A DNA stretch of 64,000 bases from Alphaproteobacteria bacterium (lineage in GTDB: Bacteria; Pseudomonadota; Alphaproteobacteria; GCA-2731375), in contig CBDCGJ010000026.1 in the NCBI GenBank assembly GCA_965216645.1, positions 91,540 to 155,539 of the forward strand, written 5' to 3'. How positions within the stretch are numbered: position 1 is the first letter of the stretch; every line of letters starts with the position of its first letter. Below the pieces are notes generated by a model. It did not search any database. It saw only the letters and a list, made by a program, of their open reading frames with translations, and was not told where the DNA came from. Below are positions 44,034 through 54,084 of the stretch, piece after piece. A program made the translations under genes and the position numbers.

Positions 44034-44876
44034 CTAACCCTGGAACAGGGACAGAATAATCTGCGGTGCGGAGTTTGCAATGGCCAACGACTGCGTGCCG
44101 AGTTGCTGTTTCACCTGCAACGCTGTCAAATCGGCACTTTCCTGCGCCATATCCGCGTCGACCAGATTGCCGACACCGGCGGTCAGAATATCGCGCAGCT
44201 TCGTCGTGAAGTCGTTTTGCAACTCAAGACGCTTGGCATCGCTACCAAGGAACGCTAGGTCGTTGTTCACTTCGTCGATCGCGGCGTCGATGATATCCAA
44301 CGCAGTCAGCGCGCTTGCCGGGTCCAGCAAGGAAGCCTGAGAAAGCGTTTGACCGGACGTGGATGTCGCACCGATCGCCGTGCTGCGCATGTCATGCCCA
44401 CGCACGTCGATGAAGTCGCCATCGACACTGGACAAAATGCGCAATGTGGTGATGCTGCCGTCGATCAGGTTGCTGCCGTTGAATTTCGACGCATTGACCA
44501 TCTCGTCAAGCTGCAGAACCATATTGTCGAAGTCGGCTGCGATCGCGGCTTGCGAATTGCTGTCCAGACCTTCCTGCGCGGCTTGAACGGCTTTCGCCTT
44601 CATTTCGATCAACAAATCGGAAACGGCACGGCCGCCTTCGATCGCGGTATCGGCGATGCTTTCGCCGCCCGAAAGGGACAGCTTTACCGCATCCATGCCG
44701 GCAATATCGCCGCGCATGCTTTGCGCGATGGCGTAGGTCGAGGCATCGTCCTTCGGGCCGTTGATTTTCAGACCCGTGGAAATATTGCGAGACGTGCTGA
44801 CCAAATCTTTGTTGGTCATGTTCAGGGTTTGAAGCGCGATCATCGCGCCGCGGTTCGTGTTGACGGATAAGGTCAT
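44034..44876 (-). CDS. Flagellin (short alphaproteobacterial type), copy 2
   Basis: 280 aa starting at MTLSVNTNRGAMIALQTLNMTNKDL. A GGAG SD lies 10 nt upstream of ATG 44876. The longer GTG ORF to 44945 runs into the leader. Confidence 0.95.
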   Translation of the reverse strand: MTLSVNTNRGAMIALQTLNMTNKDLVSTSRNISTGLKINGPKDDASTYAIAQSMRGDIAGMDAVKLSLSGGESIADTAIEGGRAVSDLLIEMKAKAVQAAQEGLDSNSQAAIAADFDNMVLQLDEMVNASKFNGSNLIDGSITTLRILSSVDGDFIDVRGHDMRSTAIGATSTSGQTLSQASLLDPASALTALDIIDAAIDEVNNDLAFLGSDAKRLELQNDFTTKLRDILTAGVGNLVDADMAQESADLTALQVKQQLGTQSLAIANSAPQIILSLFQG

Positions 44877-44963
44877 AGTCCAATCTCCAAATACTTTTCG
44901 GCCGGATTTTCCGCCCGCTTCGCTCGGACAGGGGTCCAAATGCACGAAGACGTAACTGGCTTC

Positions 44964-44978
44964 GCAATCCGTGTGCCA
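44964..44978 (-). promoter_or_regulatory. sigma54 promoter of flagellin copy 2 (consensus -24/-12)
   Basis: The minus strand reads TGGCAC-ACGGA-TTGC, about 88 nt upstream of the ATG. Confidence 0.6.
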
Positions 44979-45064
44979 AACGGAAACTTTGTCTAACCAA
45001 TTGAATTCAATGGAATTCTAAAATGATTGAGCAAACAGGCAGCGGTATAGGGAAAGATGTTCCC

Positions 45065-45079
45065 GGTAAAAATTGCCAG
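45065..45079. promoter_or_regulatory. Single copy of the GGAAAAATTGCC-type motif upstream of flagellin copy 2
   Basis: GGTAAAAATTGCCAG lies about 90-115 bp upstream of the sigma54 element. Confidence 0.3.
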
Positions 45080-45082
45080 CTT

Positions 45083-45955
45083 TCAGGTCAAATTGAACCC
45101 GTGCAATGGCATATGGGTGCCACGTTGTAGCCAATTGTCCGCCGGATATTCCGCCGCGCCGTCGATGGCGTGGATGACGTAGGCATGACGCGACCGGTCG
45201 GATCGGTTGGCGGCGCTGTAATGCGGAAGGCATCCGTGCAAGACCACCAAAGTACCCGTCTTTACTTCTATTGCCGCTTTCCTGGTGTCGTCGAACGGCA
45301 TGCCACTCAACTCATCTGTCGCGAACCCATCACCGTCGCGCCGAAATCGCGACCGCAGTCCCGATCGATGATCGCCTAGGGCGGCCCAAAGGCAGCCGTT
45401 CTCCAACGATGCGTCCTGTAATGCGAGCCAGAAGCCTGTAACGCTGATTGGATCTGTATAGAGAAAAGTGGCGTCTTGATGCCAATTCACCTCCCCACCG
45501 ATCCCCGGTTGCTTAAAGATATACATGCTTTGAAGCACCAGCGGATCTCGTAAGCCAAGGTCACGCGCCAAGCTGTCGAAACGACGGTCATGGGAGTAAG
45601 CGCAAAACACGGGATCCAAATCGTGCAGCGCATGGCCGATTTTGTTGATGGCTTGAGATTTAGACACCCGTAAAGACCCATTGTCGTCTATGGCATCTTC
45701 TTCGAAAAAGAATCTGATCTTGTCACCGGAACTCGCGAAGTACTCGTCTCGGCTATGACTTTGGTTTCGGGTTGAGAAGATCGTACGGTGGCTGTCCGCG
45801 TCGAAACCGTCGACCAGATCATCCGCCCGCGCCATCAGCGATTTGCAAACATCCTCCGTGGCGAAGTTTTCAAGAACTAAGCATCCGTCACGGTGGTAGG
45901 CCGACAACATTTCCGCATTCAAGCGGCCGTCGATCGACGATTGGAAGCGGATCAC
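45083..45955 (-). CDS. Phytanoyl-CoA dioxygenase (PhyH) family Fe(II)/2-oxoglutarate oxygenase
   Basis: Shows ...[20 protein letters not shown]...[15 protein letters not shown]...[15 protein letters not shown]...[17 protein letters not shown] 45955 overlaps the deoB stop (GTGA). The alternative start is ATG 45910. Confidence 0.8.
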   Translation of the reverse strand: MIRFQSSIDGRLNAEMLSAYHRDGCLVLENFATEDVCKSLMARADDLVDGFDADSHRTIFSTRNQSHSRDEYFASSGDKIRFFFEEDAIDDNGSLRVSKSQAINKIGHALHDLDPVFCAYSHDRRFDSLARDLGLRDPLVLQSMYIFKQPGIGGEVNWHQDATFLYTDPISVTGFWLALQDASLENGCLWAALGDHRSGLRSRFRRDGDGFATDELSGMPFDDTRKAAIEVKTGTLVVLHGCLPHYSAANRSDRSRHAYVIHAIDGAAEYPADNWLQRGTHMPLHGFNLT

Positions 45956-47172
45956 GTCAGAAATCCGATGCCATGGTCTAGCGGCGAGATACCAAGATGT
46001 CCGGCGATCGACTGTCCAATATCGGCGAAACTGCCACGACGGCCGACATTGGCCGGCGAAAGGGTCGGTCCATAGGCGATTGCCGGAACATGTTCGCGCG
46101 TATGGTCGGTGCCGGGCCAGGTCGGATCGCATCCATGGTCCGCCGTCACGAAGACGATGTCCCCATGGCCGAGCTTGGCGACTAATTCCGGCAATCGCCG
46201 GTCGAACCGCTCCAGGGCAGCGGCGTAACCCGCGACATTTCGGCGATGCCCATAGAGTTGATCGAAATCGACAAAGTTGGTGAAAATCAGGCTGCCGTCA
46301 TCTGCACGCTCGACTGCTTCAAGGGTCACATCAAAAAGCGCGGTATTGCCATCCGCCTTGATTTCCTCGCCAGTGCCTTGATGCGCGTAGATATCCGCAA
46401 TCTTCCCGATGGCGAACACATCGCGTCCAGACTGCGTTATCTTATCCAACAAAGTTTCCGCTGGCGGCGGTGTCGCAAAGTCTCTGCGATTGCCGGTTCG
46501 CTCAAATGTCTCCGCCCTGTCTCCAACAAATGGGCGCGCGATCACGCGGCCGATATTCAGCGCATCGACATGACGCCGAGCATTGCGGCAAAGATCGAGC
46601 AGCCGTTCAAGGCCGAAACTTTCTTCATGGGCGGCTATTTGGAATACGCTGTCGGCTGAGGTGTAGACGATTGGTTTGCCGGTCGCCACATGCTCTTCAC
46701 CGAGTTCGCGAATGATCTCGGTTCCGGAAGCATGGCGGTTACCTAAAAAGCCAGGAAGACCATTTTCGGTGATCAGTGTTTCGATCAAGTCCGCTGGGAA
46801 GCAAGGCACCTCGCGCGGGAAATATCCCCAATCAAACATGACCGGGACGCCCGCCATTTCCCAATGTCCACTAGGCGTATCCTTGCCCCGGCTTTGCTCT
46901 ACCGCGTAGCCGTAGCGGCCCCGGCAATCCCGGTCGACAAGACCTGGCGGCAATCGGCCTGTACTCAGCCGCGCCGCGGCACCGAGACCCCAATGGCAAA
47001 GATTAGGAATCTGCAATGGTCCGCTTCGCAGACCCGTTTCGTCCGCGCGACCTGACGCGCAGGCTTCGGCAATGTGGCCCAGCGTGTCGGCACCATGGTC
47101 TCCAAATTCGCTGGCATCTGCGCTGCTGCCGATCCCCAGCGAATCCATCATCAACACGATGGCCCTGGTCAT
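45952..47172 (-). CDS. deoB: Phosphopentomutase
   Basis: 406 aa. Shows [15 protein letters not shown]...GHWEMAG...[21 protein letters not shown]. Confidence 0.95.
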   Translation of the reverse strand: MTRAIVLMMDSLGIGSSADASEFGDHGADTLGHIAEACASGRADETGLRSGPLQIPNLCHWGLGAAARLSTGRLPPGLVDRDCRGRYGYAVEQSRGKDTPSGHWEMAGVPVMFDWGYFPREVPCFPADLIETLITENGLPGFLGNRHASGTEIIRELGEEHVATGKPIVYTSADSVFQIAAHEESFGLERLLDLCRNARRHVDALNIGRVIARPFVGDRAETFERTGNRRDFATPPPAETLLDKITQSGRDVFAIGKIADIYAHQGTGEEIKADGNTALFDVTLEAVERADDGSLIFTNFVDFDQLYGHRRNVAGYAAALERFDRRLPELVAKLGHGDIVFVTADHGCDPTWPGTDHTREHVPAIAYGPTLSPANVGRRGSFADIGQSIAGHLGISPLDHGIGFLT

Positions 47173-48509
47173 TTGCCTGGCCTCTCGACCCGATCCAAAA
47201 CCACATTGTGCAAAGCTGGCGGTTCCTCGCCAATTTCAATAGCACCCCGTAAAGATGCGGCCGCCCTACCCGTATCCGCATCGGACGTTGCATGAACAAG
47301 CGCGAGCGGCTGACCGGTTTCAACCTCGTCGCCGATCTGAACAATTTCAGACAGACCCACGCTGTGGTCGACATCATCGCTGGACCGCCGTCTCCCGCCA
47401 CCCAACTCGACGACCGCAAGCCCTATTTTACGGGTATCCATAGCCTGCACAATGCCGCTCCTCGTAGCCGCAATTGGGCGGACCGTCGACGCCGAAGCCA
47501 GATGCCGCCCACTGTTCTCGACGAAGTCTGTGGGACCGCCTAGAGCGGCCACCATCGCTCCGAAACATTCCAGCGCTCGGCCGGAAGTCATTGCTGCTTT
47601 TGCTTTACTCCGCCCCTCTTCGACGGAAGGGGATAGATCGACAAGATGCAACAGCTCGGCACAGAGCGCCAATGTAACGTCGACGAGGCGTGGATCGCCC
47701 GCTTCGCCGCGCAGGACCGTCAAACATTCCGCGACTTCCAATGCATTGCCGGCCGTATCGCCCAAGACTTGATTCATATCGGTGATCAACGCCGAGGTGA
47801 TCGTCCCCGCGCCGTTGGCGACACGCACGATACTGGCGGCCAATTCTGCCGCCATTTCTCTGGAGGCCGCGAAGGCACCCGTGCCCGTCTTGACGTCCAT
47901 AACCAATGCATCCAGGCCAGCCGCCAGTTTCTTTGACAAGATGGACGCTGTAATGAGTGGAATAGATTCAACGGTCGCCGTAACGTCGCGGATCGCATAA
48001 AGCCGTCGATCAGCAGGAGCCAGGTCCGCCGTTTGGCCGATGATGGCACAGCCGACGTCGCCGACCACTTTTTGGAACGTCTCTAGGTCCGGTGTCGCAT
48101 TATAGCCCCGTATACTCTCCAGCTTGTCGAGAGTGCCGCCCGTATGACCTAACCCACGGCCGGAAATCATCGGCACATAGCCGCCGCACGCCGCCAGGAT
48201 TGGCGCTAGGATAAGACTGACTTTATCGCCGACCCCACCTGTCGAATGCTTGTCGAGGATCGGCCCCTGTAAGTCTGCCGATGACCAATCAATAGTCGCG
48301 CCCGACCGCGCCATCGCCAAAGTGAGGCCAACCGTTTCCTCGGCTGTCATGCCTTTGAAATACGTGGCCATGGCAAACGCCGCTGCTTGGCTATCCGTAA
48401 GACTGCCGTCCGTTAATCCGGCGACGAGGAAATCCAACTCGTCATTGGACAATGCCTCGCCATCGCGTTTCCGTCGGATAATCTCCTGTGGCAGGAAGCG
48501 GTCGCTCAT
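47169..48509 (-). CDS. deoA: Thymidine (pyrimidine-nucleoside) phosphorylase
   Basis: 446 aa. Shows [18 protein letters not shown]...G...G...D.Q.AAFAMA..FKGM and [11 protein letters not shown]. Confidence 0.95.
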   Translation of the reverse strand: MSDRFLPQEIIRRKRDGEALSNDELDFLVAGLTDGSLTDSQAAAFAMATYFKGMTAEETVGLTLAMARSGATIDWSSADLQGPILDKHSTGGVGDKVSLILAPILAACGGYVPMISGRGLGHTGGTLDKLESIRGYNATPDLETFQKVVGDVGCAIIGQTADLAPADRRLYAIRDVTATVESIPLITASILSKKLAAGLDALVMDVKTGTGAFAASREMAAELAASIVRVANGAGTITSALITDMNQVLGDTAGNALEVAECLTVLRGEAGDPRLVDVTLALCAELLHLVDLSPSVEEGRSKAKAAMTSGRALECFGAMVAALGGPTDFVENSGRHLASASTVRPIAATRSGIVQAMDTRKIGLAVVELGGGRRRSSDDVDHSVGLSEIVQIGDEVETGQPLALVHATSDADTGRAAASLRGAIEIGEEPPALHNVVLDRVERPGK

Positions 48510-48522
48510 GGCAATGTCGGCG

Positions 48523-50886
48523 CTACTCGCCGTGTGGGATCCAAATGTTTTTGACGTTTACGGCCCGACGCAAGAATGCCTTTCCGCTCGCCGTACCATC
48601 GTCCCGCCAATCGATTTCTGCTGGGTCGATCGTCCAAACAGGTTTGAGGTTGCCGGCGGATCGCTTTTCAACATTCGCACGCCCGCTGTCCGGACCTAGA
48701 TACCATAGGGCGTCCACATCGTCATGGTCAGCCAACGTCTCGCTCAACTCCCTCGCGTCACCCGTTACAATATTGAAACTGCCGGCCGGCATGTCGGAGG
48801 TTTCCAGCACCTGATAAAAGTCCGTCGCGATTAACGCATGAGCGGGCGACGGCACGAGAACGATAGAATTGCCCATGGCCAATGCCGGGGCTGCCAAAGA
48901 TATCATCGAAAGTAATGGGTCACGATCCGGGCAAACAATGCCGATTACGCCGCGCGGTTCGTGGACGGTTAGGACGAGACCGCGAATAGGTACACCATGC
49001 ACAGCGCCGTCGAATTTATCCGCCCAAGCGGCATAGTCGAACAATCGGCGAATTGCCAAATCTACTTCTGCGGCAGCGCGCCTTGCGTCATCACCGGTCA
49101 GTTGGGATAGACGACGGCGAAAGTCCTGTCGGCGCGCGTCCAAATTCTCGGCAAGATAAAAGAGCACCTGCGCCCGATTATGGGCGGAGGCACTCGTCCA
49201 GGACGATGCGGCCCGCGCTGCCTCGACAGCATTCCGTATGTCCTTGCGATTACCAAGCCCGACGGTTGCGACAACCGCTCCGCTACAGTCGTTTACGGCC
49301 ATGGTGTAGCCGGAATCCGGCCTCGCTTGCTTGCCACCGATATAGAGCTTGGCCGTCCGATCGATGCCGACACCAATCTTGCTTGTTTTCCGATTCACGG
49401 GTCTATTCGGCGCTGGTCGCGTTGGCCTGGGTTTCAGATACTCAAACATCCCTTCCCGACCGCCCTCGCGCCCGAAACCGGACTCGCGGTTACCGCCGAA
49501 CCCGGCGGCGCCATCGAACTGATTGGTACAATTTATCCAAACCACGCCGCAGTCGATTTTCCTCGCGACATCAAGAGCCAAATTGGCGTTTTCGCTCCAG
49601 ACACTGGCGGCTAGGCCGTACCGAGTATTATTAGCCAATGCCACCGCCTCGGACGGTGTCCGAAAAGTCATGGAAATGAGAACCGGTCCAAAAATCTCTT
49701 CCTGGGCGATTGTCGCCGCCGTCGACACCTCGGTGAACAACGTGGGTGGATAAAACCAGCCATCCTTCGGCGCCACCCATTTCGGTTGCCAGATTCGACA
49801 GCCTTCGGCCTTCCCCGCGGCAACCAATTCATCAACCCGCTGCAATTGCACCGGCGCAACGATAGCGCCGATGTCGACGGATTTATCCAACGGGTCGCCA
49901 ACGCGCAGCTTCGCCATCCGGTGCTTCAATCGGCGAATGAACTCATCGGCAATCGTCTCCTGCACCAGCAAACGCGAACCGGCGCAGCATACTTGGCCCT
50001 GATTGAACCAAATCGCGTCGACGACACCTTCGACCGCGCTGTCGAGGTCGGCATCGTCGAAGACCAGGAACGGCGATTTCCCGCCGAGTTCTAAGGTAAG
50101 GTGTTTGCCGCTACCGGCCGTCAATTCTCTGATACGTCGCCCAACCTCTGTCGATCCAGTAAAGGCGATCTTGTGCAATTTGGGATGCTTGACAATACGC
50201 TCACCAGTTCGACCGTCGCCGGTGACGACATTGACCACGCCTTTGGGCAGGCCGACAGCCATGCATAACTCGGCAAACCGCAACGCCGTGAGGCTCGTAT
50301 ATTCCGCCGGCTTCAAGACAACGGTGTTCCCGGCGGCCAAAGCGGGCGCCAACTTCCATGCCAGCATCAACAGCGGGAAATTCCATGGGATGATCGCACC
50401 AACGACACCAAGGGGCTGCAGACCGGCAAACTCCGTCTCCAGCAATTGTGCCCAACCGACATGATGATAGAAATGGCGCGCAGCCGCCGGCACGTCGATA
50501 TCGCGGGATTCTCGGATAGGTTTGCCATTGTCCATAGTTTCAAGGACAGCAAATATACGGGACTCGCGCTGAAGTCCTCTGGCAATGGCGTAGAGATATT
50601 TGGCGCGCTCATGTCCGGACAAATCGGACCAAGCGGCTTGCGCCCGCGCGGCGGCACGTACGGCCGCCTCGATATCCTTTTGAGAGCCAAAGGATATCTT
50701 GGCCAACTTGGCTCCGGTTGACGGATCATAACTGTCAAACCAACGGTTCCCGGCCGGCTTGTGCCATCGACCATTGACAAAATGCTGAAAGCGGCGCCCA
50801 TGGCCATCGAGCCAGTCCCGCGCGAGATCGGCGCTTTCCGGCGCGTGCCCGTAGTCCATTTTATCGAAGGCTTCGGCGACGTTCAT
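48523..50886 (-). CDS. Didomain aldehyde dehydrogenase (complete ALDH plus a second partial ALDH-like domain)
   Basis: 787 aa. The N-terminal domain has FTGSTEVG, ELGGKSP and the catalytic QGQVCCAGSR. The C-terminal ~300 aa resemble an ALDH cofactor-binding half without an obvious nucleophile motif. Confidence 0.85.
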   Translation of the reverse strand: MNVAEAFDKMDYGHAPESADLARDWLDGHGRRFQHFVNGRWHKPAGNRWFDSYDPSTGAKLAKISFGSQKDIEAAVRAAARAQAAWSDLSGHERAKYLYAIARGLQRESRIFAVLETMDNGKPIRESRDIDVPAAARHFYHHVGWAQLLETEFAGLQPLGVVGAIIPWNFPLLMLAWKLAPALAAGNTVVLKPAEYTSLTALRFAELCMAVGLPKGVVNVVTGDGRTGERIVKHPKLHKIAFTGSTEVGRRIRELTAGSGKHLTLELGGKSPFLVFDDADLDSAVEGVVDAIWFNQGQVCCAGSRLLVQETIADEFIRRLKHRMAKLRVGDPLDKSVDIGAIVAPVQLQRVDELVAAGKAEGCRIWQPKWVAPKDGWFYPPTLFTEVSTAATIAQEEIFGPVLISMTFRTPSEAVALANNTRYGLAASVWSENANLALDVARKIDCGVVWINCTNQFDGAAGFGGNRESGFGREGGREGMFEYLKPRPTRPAPNRPVNRKTSKIGVGIDRTAKLYIGGKQARPDSGYTMAVNDCSGAVVATVGLGNRKDIRNAVEAARAASSWTSASAHNRAQVLFYLAENLDARRQDFRRRLSQLTGDDARRAAAEVDLAIRRLFDYAAWADKFDGAVHGVPIRGLVLTVHEPRGVIGIVCPDRDPLLSMISLAAPALAMGNSIVLVPSPAHALIATDFYQVLETSDMPAGSFNIVTGDARELSETLADHDDVDALWYLGPDSGRANVEKRSAGNLKPVWTIDPAEIDWRDDGTASGKAFLRRAVNVKNIWIPHGE

Positions 50887-50892
50887 ATCCGA

Positions 50893-51888
50893 CTACCCGA
50901 TCGGATGCCGATGGCCAGCGGAATATCGACCGGTGACATGATGCTCCAGCTGTCGTTCGATATCGCCAAGAAGACTTGACGCGCCGAAGCGAAACAAGTG
51001 AGGTGTCAACCATTCGTCGCCCAACTCCTCCTTCATCAAAATCAGGTATGCCAGCGCGTCTTTGGCTTTGCTGATTCCGCCGGCCGGCTTAAATCCGATC
51101 TTGCTGCCGGTCAAATCATGATAGGCGCGGATCATGCGTGTCATGACCAGCGACACCGGCAAGGTCGCGTTGACGCTCTCCTTACCGGTCGAGGTTTTTA
51201 TGAAGTCCATTCCCGCCATCATCGCAACCAGGCTTGCGCGCGCGACATTGCGGAACGAACCCAGTTCGCCCGTCGCAAGGATCGACTTGATATGAGCCTT
51301 GCCGGCGGCGCGGCGGTAGGCTTTGAGTTCGTCATACAATGCTGGCCAATCTCCACCCAGAACATGGCGCCGAGAAATCACGATATCGATCTCCTCGGCG
51401 CCTGCCCGTACGGAAGCTTCAATCTCCTGCATCTTGATTTCGAAGGGATTGAGGCCCGCGGGGAATCCGGTGGAAACGGCGGCGACGGGGATATCGGTTC
51501 CTTTTAGCGCCGTCACCGCCGGCCGGATCATTTCGTGGTAAACGCAAACCGCGCCGACCGTCAATCCGCGGTCGGCCATCCCGAGGCCTTCGAGAATATC
51601 CTGTCGCACCGGTTGACGGGCCTTCGCGCAAAGTCGCCGCACACGCGGCGCTGTGTCGTCGCCGCTCAGCGTCGTGAGGTCAATGCAGGTTACAGCCTTC
51701 AGTAACCACGCGGCCTGATGCGCCTTCTTGACGGAACGGCGTGTGGTCAGAGTGGATGCCCGGCGCTCCACGGCGCTCCGGTTAATCTGTAGCTTCGAGA
51801 TGAGATCCAAATCCAAGGGCATGCCGGGATTACGAGCCGCTTGACCTGGCGATCCTTGTTCCGGCCGCAGTTTTTCTATGGTCGCCAC
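50893..51888 (-). CDS. deoC: Deoxyribose-phosphate aldolase (long form)
   Basis: 331 aa. Shows ...IDLTTLSGDDT...VAAVCVY...FIKTSTGK (Schiff-base Lys)...KPAGGI. Confidence 0.9.
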   Translation of the reverse strand: MATIEKLRPEQGSPGQAARNPGMPLDLDLISKLQINRSAVERRASTLTTRRSVKKAHQAAWLLKAVTCIDLTTLSGDDTAPRVRRLCAKARQPVRQDILEGLGMADRGLTVGAVCVYHEMIRPAVTALKGTDIPVAAVSTGFPAGLNPFEIKMQEIEASVRAGAEEIDIVISRRHVLGGDWPALYDELKAYRRAAGKAHIKSILATGELGSFRNVARASLVAMMAGMDFIKTSTGKESVNATLPVSLVMTRMIRAYHDLTGSKIGFKPAGGISKAKDALAYLILMKEELGDEWLTPHLFRFGASSLLGDIERQLEHHVTGRYSAGHRHPIG

Positions 51889-51903
51889 TCTGTCCTCCGC
51901 CAG

Positions 51904-52713
51904 CTATAGCTGCGCCACGAAGGCGCCGATCAACTCGGACAAATTACCCGCAGCAATGTTAGCATATTTCAACGTTTCGTCGTGGCTCAACGTGGCACCC
52001 GTCATACCGGCCGCGAGATTTGTAATCACCGAAATGGCGGTGACCTTCATCCCGGCATGCACGGCGGTCAAACATTCAGGCACAGTCGACATGCCGACAG
52101 CATCGGCCCCTAACACGCCGACAGCGCGTATCTCTGCCGGCGTCTCGAAATTCGGCCCGCTGAACCAAGCGTAGACCCCTTCGTGGATTTCGATAGTCCG
52201 CTCTTTCGTCACTTTGCGAAGGATATCGCGGTAGGCACCGTGGTACGCGTCACTGACATCGAAAAATCTGGGACCGACGTCTTCGTCGTTCGGACCGATC
52301 AACGGGTTGACGCCGACGAAATTGATGTGATCGCGGATGACCATGAGGCTGCCGGGGCCCATCTCCTCCCGTAAACTACCGGCCGCGTTTGTCACGACCA
52401 AGTTATCGCATCCTAGCATTCGGAGCGTACGCACCGGCGTCGCCAAGTCTTGCAAGCTATGGCCTTCATAGAAATGCAGCCGGCCCTGCATACAGGCGAC
52501 CGGATGGCCTTCCAGCATGCCGAAGACAAATCGTCCGGCATGTCCACGGACCGTCGACTGTGGGAAGTCGGGAATATTGCCATAGTCGACGATCACCGGG
52601 TTGGCTATCCGCTCCGCTAAACCGCCAAGCCCAGTGCCAAGTATCAGCCCAGTGCGAGGGACGAAGCCGTTCAATTGCGACTTGAGGTAAGCTGCGGCCG
52701 CTTGCGCCGTCAT
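51904..52713 (-). CDS. Purine nucleoside phosphorylase (trimeric PNP/XapA-type)
   Basis: 269 aa. Shows GLILGTGLG......F..STV.GHAGR.VFG...G..V..MQGR.H.YEG and GPNFETPAE...VG.LGADAVGMSTVPE. Confidence 0.92.
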   Translation of the reverse strand: MTAQAAAAYLKSQLNGFVPRTGLILGTGLGGLAERIANPVIVDYGNIPDFPQSTVRGHAGRFVFGMLEGHPVACMQGRLHFYEGHSLQDLATPVRTLRMLGCDNLVVTNAAGSLREEMGPGSLMVIRDHINFVGVNPLIGPNDEDVGPRFFDVSDAYHGAYRDILRKVTKERTIEIHEGVYAWFSGPNFETPAEIRAVGVLGADAVGMSTVPECLTAVHAGMKVTAISVITNLAAGMTGATLSHDETLKYANIAAGNLSELIGAFVAQL

Positions 52714-53111
52714 GACAGGTTATCCGGCCCGAACGAACTCGGCAGCAGTTCGTCGAGCGTAAACGTCCGTCGAATACCGTCGAGACCGCAGACATGGATT
52801 TGCGTATCCGGTTGCGCGAATTCGCGAATGCGCTGCCGGCATCCGCCACATGGCGTGCAGAGTTCGGGCCCGTCGCCAATCACCGCCATTTCCTGGATCG
52901 CCCGATCCCCCGCCATTACCATGGCAGCAATCGCGGATGCTTCCGCGCACCATCCTTCCGGATAAGCGGAGTTCTCCACATTGCCGCCAATGTAGACGGT
53001 TCCGGATTCGCCCCGAATGGCCGCGCCAACCAGAAAGTTCGAATAGGGCGCATAGGCACGGCTCCGGGCGTCCCGGGCAGCCTGAAACAATTCTGTATGT
53101 CGTTCGTTCAT
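52710..53111 (-). CDS. cdd: Cytidine deaminase
   Basis: 133 aa. Shows YAPYSNF.VGAA......G.NVENS.YP...CAE and PCGGCRQ. Confidence 0.93.
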   Translation of the reverse strand: MNERHTELFQAARDARSRAYAPYSNFLVGAAIRGESGTVYIGGNVENSAYPEGWCAEASAIAAMVMAGDRAIQEMAVIGDGPELCTPCGGCRQRIREFAQPDTQIHVCGLDGIRRTFTLDELLPSSFGPDNLS

Positions 53112-54082
53112 CGTTCTTTCACAAAAGGTATTCCGATGGCTTTCGGCGCGACCGCCTTGCCAATGAAACCCGCCAGGAGAACGACGGTCAAAATGTAGGG
53201 TAAGGCTTGTATGAATTGGACTGGGATTTCACCGACCCCCGGCACTTTAACACCTTGCAGACGATCGGATACGGCATTCAAGAAGCCGAACAGCAGACAG
53301 GCCAACATGGCCGGTATTGGGCGCCATTTTCCGAAAATCATCGCGGCAAGCGCGATATATCCCATACCGGCGCTCATATCCCGGCCGAACGCGGCATTCT
53401 GCGCCGTCGACAGATACGCACCGCCGATACCGCAAAGCGCGCCGGCGCATAGAACCGCGCGATAGCGCAACCAGCTGACCGATATCCCCGCCGTATCGAC
53501 GGCAAGCGGATTTTCCCCGACGCCGCGCAGGCGAAGCCCGAAGCGGGTGCGAAAAATCACCCACCAAGTCACCGGCACCATCAGGAACGCGACATAGACC
53601 AAAAGGTTGTGCCCACTTAACAGTTCCGAATAGATCGGGCCGATCACCGGAACTGTCGCCAATGCGTCCGCCCCCGGCCAGACAATCGCCGTGAAGCGGG
53701 CATCATTACTCAGTTGCGGGGTCTGTCCTCCACGACTGAACCAGGCTGTGCCCAACGTGATGGTCAAGCCGGAAACAATTGTGTTGATCGCGACACCGCT
53801 GACCACTTGGTTGCCACGATGTGTGATACAGGCGAAGCCATGCAGAACGGATAGACACATGCAGGTCGCGATTGCCGTGACTAAACCGAGCCAGGCCGAC
53901 CCCGAAACGGCCGCCATCGCGGCGGCGGCAAACGCGCCGGCAAGCAGTTTGCCTTCTAAACTGATGTCGATGATGCCGGAACGCTCGGAAAAAATGCCGG
54001 CCATGGCGCAGAAAACCAAAGGCGTCGAAACCCTAAGCGTGGCGTCGAGTGTTAGGATCGCAAAAGTGAACCAATCGACCAT
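53108..54082 (-). CDS. ABC transporter permease (BMP/nucleoside-type, second permease)
   Basis: 324-aa polytopic protein in the operon with the BMP-family binding protein. Typical of the YufQ/NupQ-like family. Confidence 0.88.
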   Translation of the reverse strand: MVDWFTFAILTLDATLRVSTPLVFCAMAGIFSERSGIIDISLEGKLLAGAFAAAAMAAVSGSAWLGLVTAIATCMCLSVLHGFACITHRGNQVVSGVAINTIVSGLTITLGTAWFSRGGQTPQLSNDARFTAIVWPGADALATVPVIGPIYSELLSGHNLLVYVAFLMVPVTWWVIFRTRFGLRLRGVGENPLAVDTAGISVSWLRYRAVLCAGALCGIGGAYLSTAQNAAFGRDMSAGMGYIALAAMIFGKWRPIPAMLACLLFGFLNAVSDRLQGVKVPGVGEIPVQFIQALPYILTVVLLAGFIGKAVAPKAIGIPFVKER

Positions 54083-54084
54083 GC

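Noticed and set aside
45001-45010. Perfect 10-bp palindrome TTGAATTCAA between the upstream motif and the flagellin-2 sigma54 promoter (possible IHF or FNR-like site).
   Set aside because: It is too short. It matches neither TTGA-N6-TCAA spacing nor the IHF consensus. No counterpart exists upstream of flagellin 1.
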